This document shows, one piece after another, positions 8,172-16,919 of a stretch of DNA of 64,000 bases. Numbering within the stretch: position 1 is the first letter of the stretch; each line of letters begins with the position of its first letter. The notes under the pieces were generated by a model, which was not told the DNA's origin, did not search any database, and worked only from the letters and a program-made list of their open reading frames with translations. Source of the DNA: Rhodospirillaceae bacterium (GTDB lineage: Bacteria > Pseudomonadota > Alphaproteobacteria > Rhodospirillales > Rhodospirillaceae). The stretch is from the NCBI GenBank assembly GCA_029245025.1, contig JAQWQC010000008.1, positions 44,734-108,733 of the forward strand, read 5' to 3'. The position numbers were made by a program, and so were the translations under genes.

Positions 8172-11100
8172 TCATTCATCGCTGGTTTCTCGCTTCCATG
8201 CGGCATCTAACAGTGTTGATGGTAATTCAGTGATGAAGGGTCCATCGGTCCAAAGTAAGACGCAGCGGATAGTTTTATCCGGATAGATTTCTGACAAGGC
8301 GGCGCGATAGGCCGCCATCTGGAACTGATAGGTTGGATTGACTGCATCAGCCGTGCGTGGCGGTGGTCGGTTTGTTTTATAATCGACGATCATCACGTCA
8401 TTTTCTGAGACGACAAGTCTGTCAACCTGGCCAGATAAGACGTGGCCGTTGATCAACCCAGTCACCGGCACTTCCGCCTTAGAGCCAGGACCGAACACCG
8501 GGGCAAAATCCTTGTGCTCCAATACAGCCATCGTTTCGTCAGCAATGGCGTCTGCGTCTTCGGGCATAAGCGCCCAAACAGGCCGGGACAGAAAGGCAGT
8601 CGAGGCGGTACGGCGGGAGTCCGAAGGCAAGTCGGGGAGGCTTTGCAGCAGTCGGTGGATTAAGAGTCCGCGCTGGAACCGGTTGGGTTGGGATTGACTC
8701 AATGGTGGCGTCACTGGCGGTTCTTCTGTAGTCGGCCGAGATGGCGCCAAGGGTTTGGATGGGGCTGGTTCGGTAGCTGCCGGTTCATTCGCCCATGCAA
8801 AGATCGCGGGAATGTCCGGAATCGAATCCTCTGGCGCGTCAGCGTTCTCTGTAGGCGCTGTCTGGGGGTCTGACAGGCGAATAACGTTTCCGTCGGCCAG
8901 CCCGGCCTGTACCAAGAAAGGGTCCATTACCACGTCGCCAATAGGTTCGAGTGCGGTGTGAACAAGATTGTACCAGCAGGACTGTGGCGCGGTACGAGCG
9001 GTGTTCCATCCGCACACATATAGCCGGTCTTCCGCTCGGGTCATTGCAACGTATAGGAGGCGTCGGTACTCCCGGTCGCGTGCGTTATCGGTCTCAGCTT
9101 TCGATGCCGTTGTAACGCTGTCTCGGTCCGCGGCGCTGGGTGCCCACAGCATAAGCGGTCGGCCGTGGTCGTCTGTTGTCCATAGAAGTTGTTCCCCGTG
9201 GGTCGGCACTTGCAGAGTGTCCGGCAAGAAAACGATGGGTGCTTGCAGACCCTTGGCGCCATGCACCGTCATGATACGCACGGCGTCCCGGTTGGCTTGC
9301 TCAAGATCGCGCTTAACTTCCAGGCGTCCGTGCTCAAGCCAATGGAGAAAGCCTTCTAAGCTTGGAGTGTGGCGTCTTTCGTATTCTAACGCTTGTCCCA
9401 AAAATTCGTCTATCGGGTCGTCTGCATCCATGCCCAATCGACTGAGCAATTTGCGGCGGCCATCGTGCGCCGTCAGGATATGCGCATAGAGCGCGAAGGG
9501 TCCGAGAAAATCGGTTTGTGAAAGGACGTCGCTGAGCACGTGATGGGCGTTACCAAAGGCTGACTCCGCTCCAGCATGTTCTGTCAGTGCGGCCCACAAG
9601 GTTTTGTCTTTTCGATCATGGGCCAAGTCGAACAGTTGCTCTTCAGTGATGCCGATTAAAGGGCTCTTGAGTACAGTCGCTAACGTTAGGTCGTCTTGGG
9701 GTAACAGCAAGAATCTGCCAAGAGCGACGAGATCCATTACTGCGATCTGTTCAATAAGGACCATACGGTCCACTCCGGCGACCGAAATCTTTAAGTCTTT
9801 GAGGGCCCGGACGAGATCATCGACAAAGTCATTGCGACGCCGGACCAAAACCAAAATATCGCCAGCACGGATTGACCGACCATGAGATTCAAGCTGCTCA
9901 CCGCTGGTGCACATATGAGCAATCCGTTTTGCAATCAGGCGGGCGAGGCGGGTCTGTGCAGACTCACCACTCAATCGTTCGACCGGTGGCTTCCAGGGGG
10001 CAGGGTCGTCGGCGTCGTCTGGATCAATGGGGGGCCATAGCTCTACGCTACCGCTCTGTCCTTCGCGAGCGGCGAGATGCACCAAAGACTCATCCGATGG
10101 GGTTACGCCATCGCTAGCGGTCGGCTGGTCGAAAACAGCGTCAACGGCGCGGAGGACTGCCGTGGTCGAGCGGAACGACACACCAAGGTCGACGTCCGCC
10201 CACGCATGGCCGACCTGTTGTGTGCGCTCAGTAAAAAACTGCCGCATCCGGTCAAAACCATCCGGGTCTGCACCTTGAAAGCTGTAAATCGATTGTTTGC
10301 GATCGCCTACTGCAAACACGGTACGGACGACATCTGACTGAGTTTCGTGACGGCCTTCACCGGCAAAGAACTCTTCTGTTAGCGCTTGAATGACAGCCCA
10401 CTGATCCGGGCTGGTGTCTTGAGCTTCATCTATCAAAAGGTGATCAAGGCCACCATCCAATTTAAAAAGCACCCAGGCTGCAACCCCGGCACGCCCTAAT
10501 AATGCGCGAGTGCTTTGAATAAGATCATCGTAGTCGAGCCGTGCCTGACCAGCTTTGCGATCCTGATATTCGGTGAGAAAGGCTTGTCCCAGAACCAGCA
10601 GCGCCTCCGTTGCGAGCGCAACTTCAGCCGCGCGGAGTTTGTCGAGAACACCGAGTAGCCGAGTGGCTTCGGCGTTAAGGCTATCGACAACGTTGGGATT
10701 GGCATCAGAGACGGATTTTGTAGACAGCTTTGCTCTTATCGTGCCGGCGGCCGTGAGAAACGCGAGTGTGTACTCGATAAAGAGGTCTGTGCGTTCTGCG
10801 GCACCGCGCTTTAGCCAGCTTGAAATTGTTTCAGCGCGGGCTTGATCGGTTTTGCTACCGCTGCTGAGGGCGCTGGCTGCCTCTTTGAGCGCCGCTCCAT
10901 TGAAGGCAGTATCATCGCAGGCAGTCCGTCGCACACTGTCCGGCGTATCTGTCGAGGCAATGCCAAGAGTGTGACGTAAAGCCTCTGTCGCCTCGTTGAC
11001 TCCGCCATGTGCATCTAGAACGCGAGTTATTTTGTCGCGCGAGAGAGAAATCGCGGCCATCAGATCTGGAAAGCGCAATTCATGAACCCGATGCACGATC

Positions 11101-11651
11101 ACCGCTAATGCATCTGCTAGAGTGTCGTCATCCCCTTCGTGGGCATGAGCAATGACGGTCTCTCGTGCTGTCTCTAAGAGGTCGAGCGCATCTTGATCGG
11201 CCAACAAATCGAAATGCGGCGCCAATCCCGCCTCGAGGGGGAATCGCCGCAGAATGGATTGGCAAAAGGCGTGAATAGTTTCGATCTTCATTCCGCCAGG
11301 CGTTTCCAAGACGCGTGCAAACAAACGCCGGGCGATGGTTAGTTCTTTCTGATTCGGTTCGTGCCCCAAAAGGCGCTCGATTTCAGTGGTGAGGTCGTCT
11401 TCCGGTGCAATCACCCAAGCGCTCAACGTTGTGGCTATGCGATTGGCCATTTCCGCCGCCGCCGCTTTTGTAAAGGTCAGGCATAGAATGCGGTGCGGTG
11501 CCGTTCCAGACAGCATCAAGGCTAAGACTCTATCGGTCAGGACTTTGGTTTTACCCGTCCCTGCCGATGCGGACACCCAAACCGAAGATGCGGGGTCGGC
11601 GGCACGACTTTGCTGTCGTGTTGCTATGGCAACTGGAGAGAGGTTGTTCAT
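8172..11651 (-). CDS. addA: double-strand break repair helicase-nuclease AddA
   Basis: 1159 aa. UvrD-type Walker A SASAGTGKT and a C-terminal PD-(D/E)XK-like VDYKTN. Overlaps addB by 4 nt. Confidence 0.9.
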   Translation of the reverse strand: MNNLSPVAIATRQQSRAADPASSVWVSASAGTGKTKVLTDRVLALMLSGTAPHRILCLTFTKAAAAEMANRIATTLSAWVIAPEDDLTTEIERLLGHEPNQKELTIARRLFARVLETPGGMKIETIHAFCQSILRRFPLEAGLAPHFDLLADQDALDLLETARETVIAHAHEGDDDTLADALAVIVHRVHELRFPDLMAAISLSRDKITRVLDAHGGVNEATEALRHTLGIASTDTPDSVRRTACDDTAFNGAALKEAASALSSGSKTDQARAETISSWLKRGAAERTDLFIEYTLAFLTAAGTIRAKLSTKSVSDANPNVVDSLNAEATRLLGVLDKLRAAEVALATEALLVLGQAFLTEYQDRKAGQARLDYDDLIQSTRALLGRAGVAAWVLFKLDGGLDHLLIDEAQDTSPDQWAVIQALTEEFFAGEGRHETQSDVVRTVFAVGDRKQSIYSFQGADPDGFDRMRQFFTERTQQVGHAWADVDLGVSFRSTTAVLRAVDAVFDQPTASDGVTPSDESLVHLAAREGQSGSVELWPPIDPDDADDPAPWKPPVERLSGESAQTRLARLIAKRIAHMCTSGEQLESHGRSIRAGDILVLVRRRNDFVDDLVRALKDLKISVAGVDRMVLIEQIAVMDLVALGRFLLLPQDDLTLATVLKSPLIGITEEQLFDLAHDRKDKTLWAALTEHAGAESAFGNAHHVLSDVLSQTDFLGPFALYAHILTAHDGRRKLLSRLGMDADDPIDEFLGQALEYERRHTPSLEGFLHWLEHGRLEVKRDLEQANRDAVRIMTVHGAKGLQAPIVFLPDTLQVPTHGEQLLWTTDDHGRPLMLWAPSAADRDSVTTASKAETDNARDREYRRLLYVAMTRAEDRLYVCGWNTARTAPQSCWYNLVHTALEPIGDVVMDPFLVQAGLADGNVIRLSDPQTAPTENADAPEDSIPDIPAIFAWANEPAATEPAPSKPLAPSRPTTEEPPVTPPLSQSQPNRFQRGLLIHRLLQSLPDLPSDSRRTASTAFLSRPVWALMPEDADAIADETMAVLEHKDFAPVFGPGSKAEVPVTGLINGHVLSGQVDRLVVSENDVMIVDYKTNRPPPRTADAVNPTYQFQMAAYRAALSEIYPDKTIRCVLLWTDGPFITELPSTLLDAAWKRETSDE

Positions 11652-14650
11652 TGCTCTCCGCCTTCAGCTGCTGCCCATTCTTTAACGCGTGCAAGATGCT
11701 GCGTGTCGCCATAGCGTGGCGCCATGTCGGGGTGTGGTCGAGATTCGTAGGGGGTCTGTTTTTGATCGAAAATTTTGATGAGCGCCGTTAGCCCTTCGAG
11801 TGCTTCTGTGCGGAGGTCTTCGGCATTATCTCCGGCGGATCGCACCTCGCCACCCTCGCCGCGGCCGGTGAGGCGCCAATAAGCAAGGTCAGATACGGAT
11901 TTGGCTGGGATGCCTTTAAAACCACCCTCCGCCGCGATGACGGCCTCCAATGGCAGTTGAGGGGCGTACCCAGCTGCGACTTCTTTTGGCGATGGTGCGG
12001 CTCCTGTTTTGTAATCGGTAATGGCTAGAGATCCATCTTTCAGTTCGTCAATCCGGTCTGCTCGGGCTGACAATTCAAATGGTCCCGCCGGGGCGGCAAG
12101 TGAGAGTGAACCAGAAACCTCCGCGTGGGCTGTTTGAACGTCCGACCGGCCATCCCGCTCGATCGCGGCGAACCATTTTGCGATTCGGTCAAACCGCGGA
12201 GACCAGAACGCTAAAATCCCTGGTGCTAGATCGGCCCGTCCAAAAGTCGAGGTGGCGAGTTCCTGCAGAATTTTGTCAATGTTCTTGGGAAGCTCGTTCG
12301 GATAGGCCCGAACAAAATCTTGAAGGACGTCATGGACAATTGTGCCGTAGTCGGCCGCGCTCGCGTCGGCGTCAATTGGATCTAAAGCCCTTAATTTTAG
12401 AACGTGGCGCGCATAAATCTCGTAGGGATCGCGCATCCATGTTTCTACCTCAGTGACCCGCAAGCGTCTTGGGCGGGCTTCAACTGGGGGAGTGGGCGCG
12501 GGCGCGGGCCAGGCTTTAATTCTGTCTGGACGAGTTAGCGCTGCCGCCCACGGCAGCCAGGCGTAGCGGCCTGTGTCACTGAGAGCTTGAATACCTGCAG
12601 CCACCAGGACTTGGTCGAACCGTCGCCACCACCGCGATGCCACGGTTGGCGTGCCCTCAACTTTTAAGGACCGTGTCAGGATGACATCCGGTGCACCCAG
12701 CCCTTGGGCAATATCGTGGGCCGCTTGTCCAATGCGTCGTTCGGGCTGTGGTAGCCCGAAGGCCTTGCGCATGGGGCGGCTCATCCATGGATCGGTATCG
12801 GCATTGGCGGGCCAGGTGCCTTCGTTAAGTCCCCCGAGAATTAAAACATCTGGCCTGAGAAGACGTGCCTCCAATGGCCCAAGAATACTTAGCCGCGGAT
12901 GCGTGCCGTAAGGTGGGCGCACGACTTGTCCGGCGAGAAGAGCTTCAAGTAGGCCAAGGTAGTCGGTGGGATGAATGTCCCCGAGGTCTGGCGCGGCGTC
13001 ATCAAGCTCGGAGATAAATCGCGCGAGAGATTCGCCTGCGGGTCCTGCCCACAAACGCAATGGACCGGCCATTTCGTCAGTGGCTGCAAGGGCCTCAACC
13101 CACTCTAAATGGGCATGCAATATTGTACGAAGCGATGTTGCGTCACCGTCCATGACAGCATCGAAGGCGCTCATCTCTCTCTGTAGCTCTGCCAGCCATG
13201 TATCCAACTCCGGCGCACGGTCGTCGTGCCCGGCTAAAGTATTGCGCAGACCCATTAAACCTTCTGGTGGGCGTGGGCCTCGCAAGATGGCCACCTCCAA
13301 ATCACGGACCCTGTCTCGAAATTCCGCCGGTGCCATTCCGCCGGCGGCAAGGGGGTGTTTTAAGGCCGAAAGAAATGGGATAGGCGCGCATTTCTCCATT
13401 GCCATCGCAGCGGTTAAACGGAGAAACACACCGGGCGGTGTTTCGGTCAAGGGTTGGCCAGCAGAGTCATCAACGGTCAAATCCCACCGGTCCAGTTCCG
13501 CTGATACGCGGCGAGCAAGGGCGCGGTCGGGTGTTACCAGTGCACCTGTGAGACCTGCTTCTTCCGCCACCCAACGCAAAGCCAATGCGATAGCCGCTGC
13601 CTCCTCGCGGGGCGTCGGTGCTTCAATTCTCTGAATGCCGTCGACCGCGTTTTGTGTCAGTCCGTCTAGGGCTTGCCAGCGATCACTGGTCTCGGCCGGA
13701 CGCATGATCTCGCAAATCAAACGTTGCCGTTGTTGGGCAGCGTCAAAGGTTGGCTCGATCGGCCAGACAGAAACAGAATTGCGAGACGTTTCAAAATGAT
13801 CCAGAAGTGCTTTCAATGTGTATTGCGGATGGCTTTCCTCCAGCACATTCCACGCTTCATCCTCTAAACCATGATCGAGTCCGGGGAGCACAAGGCAACC
13901 GTTGGGAAGGGTGGTGACGACGGAGAGGAGTTTACGTGTGGCCGGAATTGTACCGGTTGAGCCAGCAGCAACAATGAGCCCACGTGGTGGGGCGTGTTGC
14001 CAGGCTTCCGCCTGAGCGGCGAACACCAGGTTGCGATGTTCGGCTGGGTCTAGGGCACCACGCTCTTCCAAAATCCCTGGCCAATGTTGGGTGACAAGCT
14101 GGAGGAATGTCAGTGTGACTTGCCAATGGGTCGCTAAAGTTTCGGGAACCAAAGAAGACAATGATTTGAAGCTCAAACGCTCGGTTTGGACTTGGTCAAG
14201 TAAGCGGGCCAACTCCTGAGCCAGTCGCGCGGCTTGCTCCGGGCTTTGATATTCTCCCTGTGCGTTTGATTGGCTCATGATGAGGCGAGTCAACAGAATC
14301 TGACGAGACAATGGTGCGATTGGAGGTGCGATATCGAGTGGCGCGGTGTCACCGGTGCCGAATCCCGCGAGCAGGGCTTCGTCTTCATCGATATCCTGAA
14401 GAGGCATCAGGCGCGGTAGCAACAGTGGCTTGCCATCCGCGCGTCGCAAAAAGGCGTCTCGAAGTGATCGTCCAGAACGCCTGGTAGGGACCAGCACGGT
14501 GATATCTGCGAGGGCTAAGGGATCACCCCCGGTCTCGGCCAACAGACCGTCGACGAGAGCGTCGACAAAACCCAAGGCTGGAGGGATCGACCATAATCGA
14601 TCACCCGCTTTTGTTGCTGCAGAAAGCCAGCCGCGTGTCGGTTCGGTCAC
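11648..14650 (-). CDS. addB: double-strand break repair protein AddB
   Basis: 1000 aa with a C-terminal nuclease motif ITDYKTG. Lies immediately upstream of addA. GTG start overlaps the murU-like stop. Confidence 0.9.
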   Translation of the reverse strand: MTEPTRGWLSAATKAGDRLWSIPPALGFVDALVDGLLAETGGDPLALADITVLVPTRRSGRSLRDAFLRRADGKPLLLPRLMPLQDIDEDEALLAGFGTGDTAPLDIAPPIAPLSRQILLTRLIMSQSNAQGEYQSPEQAARLAQELARLLDQVQTERLSFKSLSSLVPETLATHWQVTLTFLQLVTQHWPGILEERGALDPAEHRNLVFAAQAEAWQHAPPRGLIVAAGSTGTIPATRKLLSVVTTLPNGCLVLPGLDHGLEDEAWNVLEESHPQYTLKALLDHFETSRNSVSVWPIEPTFDAAQQRQRLICEIMRPAETSDRWQALDGLTQNAVDGIQRIEAPTPREEAAAIALALRWVAEEAGLTGALVTPDRALARRVSAELDRWDLTVDDSAGQPLTETPPGVFLRLTAAMAMEKCAPIPFLSALKHPLAAGGMAPAEFRDRVRDLEVAILRGPRPPEGLMGLRNTLAGHDDRAPELDTWLAELQREMSAFDAVMDGDATSLRTILHAHLEWVEALAATDEMAGPLRLWAGPAGESLARFISELDDAAPDLGDIHPTDYLGLLEALLAGQVVRPPYGTHPRLSILGPLEARLLRPDVLILGGLNEGTWPANADTDPWMSRPMRKAFGLPQPERRIGQAAHDIAQGLGAPDVILTRSLKVEGTPTVASRWWRRFDQVLVAAGIQALSDTGRYAWLPWAAALTRPDRIKAWPAPAPTPPVEARPRRLRVTEVETWMRDPYEIYARHVLKLRALDPIDADASAADYGTIVHDVLQDFVRAYPNELPKNIDKILQELATSTFGRADLAPGILAFWSPRFDRIAKWFAAIERDGRSDVQTAHAEVSGSLSLAAPAGPFELSARADRIDELKDGSLAITDYKTGAAPSPKEVAAGYAPQLPLEAVIAAEGGFKGIPAKSVSDLAYWRLTGRGEGGEVRSAGDNAEDLRTEALEGLTALIKIFDQKQTPYESRPHPDMAPRYGDTQHLARVKEWAAAEGGEQ

Positions 14651-15372
14651 GACGCGTACGATTCCATGGTCAATGCGCGCCCTGTGGGTTCGACGGCATC
14701 AGGCGTTCCAACGTGATACCAGTCATCATCATGAAGGACTGCTTTAAGTCGGCCCGCGGCCAATGCTGTGTCCCACAGCTTATTGAATGAAAAGGCGCCT
14801 TCTGGATGGTTGTCGAACAAGCGTCGGTGCACCAATTGTGTCCCAGCGTAAGCTGTTGGCGCGGTCGGTTGAGAGCCGCGCCGCATTGGCGCACCGTCAT
14901 CGCCGATCGAGAAGTCTCCCGCGCCGTCAAATCCAAACGCTTTTTTCATGTCGGCAAGCAACAAGAGCGCGTCCATGTCACCTGACCAAGCAGTTCGGAG
15001 AGTATCCAGGGCTGGACCTAGTCCGTGGTGCCACAGAGCGTCGCTGTTGGTGACAAGAAATACACTGTCATTGATCAGGGGAAGTGCCGCTGCGACCCCA
15101 CCACCCGTGTCGAGGAGCAAAGCCGATTCATCAGATAGTGTAATGGCCGGGTGGCTACGCTGGGCTAAATGCTCACGCAAAAGTTCCGCCTTGTAGTGCA
15201 CATTTACAATAGCGCTTTCAATGCCTGCATCAGTCGCGTCATCAAGAACCCAGTCGATGAGAGTTTTGCCACCGACTTCGACCATTGGTTTTGGACGCTC
15301 GTCGGTGAGAGGTTTCATTCGCGTGCCGAGACCTGCAGCTAGAACCATTACCGTCTTAATTTGGAAGGTCAT
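14647..15372 (-). CDS. nucleotidyltransferase (MurU-like N-acetylmuramate-1-phosphate uridylyltransferase)
   Basis: N-terminal LAAGLGTRMKPLTDERPKP sugar-nucleotidyltransferase motif. Paired with an AmgK-like kinase, as in the known amgK-murU recycling pair. Confidence 0.75.
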   Translation of the reverse strand: MTFQIKTVMVLAAGLGTRMKPLTDERPKPMVEVGGKTLIDWVLDDATDAGIESAIVNVHYKAELLREHLAQRSHPAITLSDESALLLDTGGGVAAALPLINDSVFLVTNSDALWHHGLGPALDTLRTAWSGDMDALLLLADMKKAFGFDGAGDFSIGDDGAPMRRGSQPTAPTAYAGTQLVHRRLFDNHPEGAFSFNKLWDTALAAGRLKAVLHDDDWYHVGTPDAVEPTGRALTMESYAS

Positions 15373-16373
15373 TCTGGAACCACACGGAGATCTGAAGGTA
15401 CATGCGTGTCTAACCAGTTCTTAAGAGGGGCGAGCACCGGGTGTTTTAAGCAAGTTTCCATATAACGCCATAGCCGTGGCATGTGCTCTAGGTAGTGCGG
15501 TTTATCATCACGCAACTTAAGTCGGGCAAAGGTGCCAATGACACGAATGTGACGTTGTGCAGCCATGACGGCCCATGACGTTTCAAAGTCGTTGTTTGAG
15601 ATATCTGGAAAAGCAGCGCGATATCGCGCCTTCATGTCCAAGACTAGGTTTGGATCAATATCGCGACGCGCATCCTCCAGCAGTGACATCAAATCGTAGG
15701 TCACGGGACCCTGCACCGCATCTTGGAAGTCCAATAGGCCACACGCTTCAACATCGGATCGGTCGGAAAGCAGAAGCAAATTGTCGAGGTGATAGTCAAA
15801 CAACACCAATGATGATGGTACTTTCCAGGCATCAGGAAGAATACCTTGCCATAACTCCAGGTACGACTCGCGGACGTCAGAGGGTAGAGGTGCTGCTCCG
15901 ACCAAAGGCAAGTACCAGACATTCAACCTGTCCACTTCCTCTAGGAGACGGTCCTTGCCATAGTTGACGACGCCAGCGGGAATAACTTTCGTTTCCGGTG
16001 TTTTGTGCAGGTAAATGAGGGTATCCGTTGCAAGGGCGTAAAGCGCGGCCTCATCGTGACCTGCAGCGAGGAGGCGGGTGTATGTATCATCGCCGAGATC
16101 TTCGAGAAGCAAGAATCCTTGATCTTCGTCGACAGCGAGAATAGTCGGCGCTGATAAGCCAAGCGCTGACAGGTGGCGGGCTATGGTCACAAACGGTCGC
16201 ACATCCTCCTGAGGGGGTGGCGCGTCCATGAGGACTACTTGGTCTCCTGTTTTTCTGACAATCCTTTCGTAATGCCGGAAAGAGGCATCCCCAGCCAAAG
16301 GATTCCGCACCGCATTGCCCCACCCATGTGCGGCGAGAAAGTCGTCCGCTGCCGCTCTGCGCGTCGCGTTCAT
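15369..16373 (-). CDS. aminoglycoside-phosphotransferase-fold kinase (AmgK-like anomeric MurNAc/GlcNAc kinase)
   Basis: Brenner-type motif FDYHLDN. 4-nt overlaps with both neighbours. Confidence 0.75.
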   Translation of the reverse strand: MNATRRAAADDFLAAHGWGNAVRNPLAGDASFRHYERIVRKTGDQVVLMDAPPPQEDVRPFVTIARHLSALGLSAPTILAVDEDQGFLLLEDLGDDTYTRLLAAGHDEAALYALATDTLIYLHKTPETKVIPAGVVNYGKDRLLEEVDRLNVWYLPLVGAAPLPSDVRESYLELWQGILPDAWKVPSSLVLFDYHLDNLLLLSDRSDVEACGLLDFQDAVQGPVTYDLMSLLEDARRDIDPNLVLDMKARYRAAFPDISNNDFETSWAVMAAQRHIRVIGTFARLKLRDDKPHYLEHMPRLWRYMETCLKHPVLAPLKNWLDTHVPSDLRVVPE

Positions 16374-16843
16374 AAGTCACCGTGTATTGCGACCAGCTCG
16401 TCCATGCGAGACCTCCATTTTGGGCTTGCGGACATTGTCGCGGTTCTAGCGTCTGAGTCGGTCATTGCGGCCATCGTAATATCTAGGCGCTCGGCCGGAA
16501 GCCAAGCTGCTGCGCGGTCTGGCCATTCGATCAAGCTGATGCCATCGGCCTGAGCTTCATCCAACCCAAGTTCTTCAACATCTTCTGGTGTATCGATGCG
16601 ATAAAAGTCGAAGTGCCATACCGGTGGCGTCGTTAGGTCATAAACGTGGGAGAGCGTGAACGTAGGGCTAGAAACATCTATTTCTGAGCCTATGCGTTCG
16701 ATGATAAATCCCCGCGAGAGCGTTGTTTTTCCTACACCTAACGGACCCGAAAGAGTGATCACGTCGCCAGATTGAGCCAGTTTCGCCAAGGCAGCGCCCA
16801 AGGCCAACGTTTCTTTTTCAGTTTCTATGCGAAGGATCGACAC
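16370..16843 (-). CDS. tsaE: tRNA t6A37 biosynthesis protein TsaE
   Basis: P-loop GPLGVGKTT and a SPTFTL motif. The ORF is open to 16963, but GTG 16843 gives a typical ~157 aa TsaE. The start is uncertain. Confidence 0.85.
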   Translation of the reverse strand: MSILRIETEKETLALGAALAKLAQSGDVITLSGPLGVGKTTLSRGFIIERIGSEIDVSSPTFTLSHVYDLTTPPVWHFDFYRIDTPEDVEELGLDEAQADGISLIEWPDRAAAWLPAERLDITMAAMTDSDARTATMSASPKWRSRMDELVAIHGDL

Positions 16844-16919
16844 GGGTGTAGCGCAACTCCAGTTAACACACCGTCCGTTGTACCGACCGAGACAACCCGC
16901 TGCAACGGATGGTGACGCC

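Noticed and set aside
12975-13634. Long ORFs antisense to real genes, for example 12975-13634 (+, 219 aa), 8968-9489 (+), 22524-23135 (+, 203 aa), 58054-58689 (+, 211 aa), 45085-45594 (-) and 51515-52036 (-).
   Set aside because: They lie entirely within, and opposite to, genes with unambiguous motifs (addB, addA, ptsP, PrpD, hisC/tyrC, monooxygenase). Their products are Arg/Ser/Ala/Pro-rich low-complexity sequence with no motifs. These are typical shadow ORFs.
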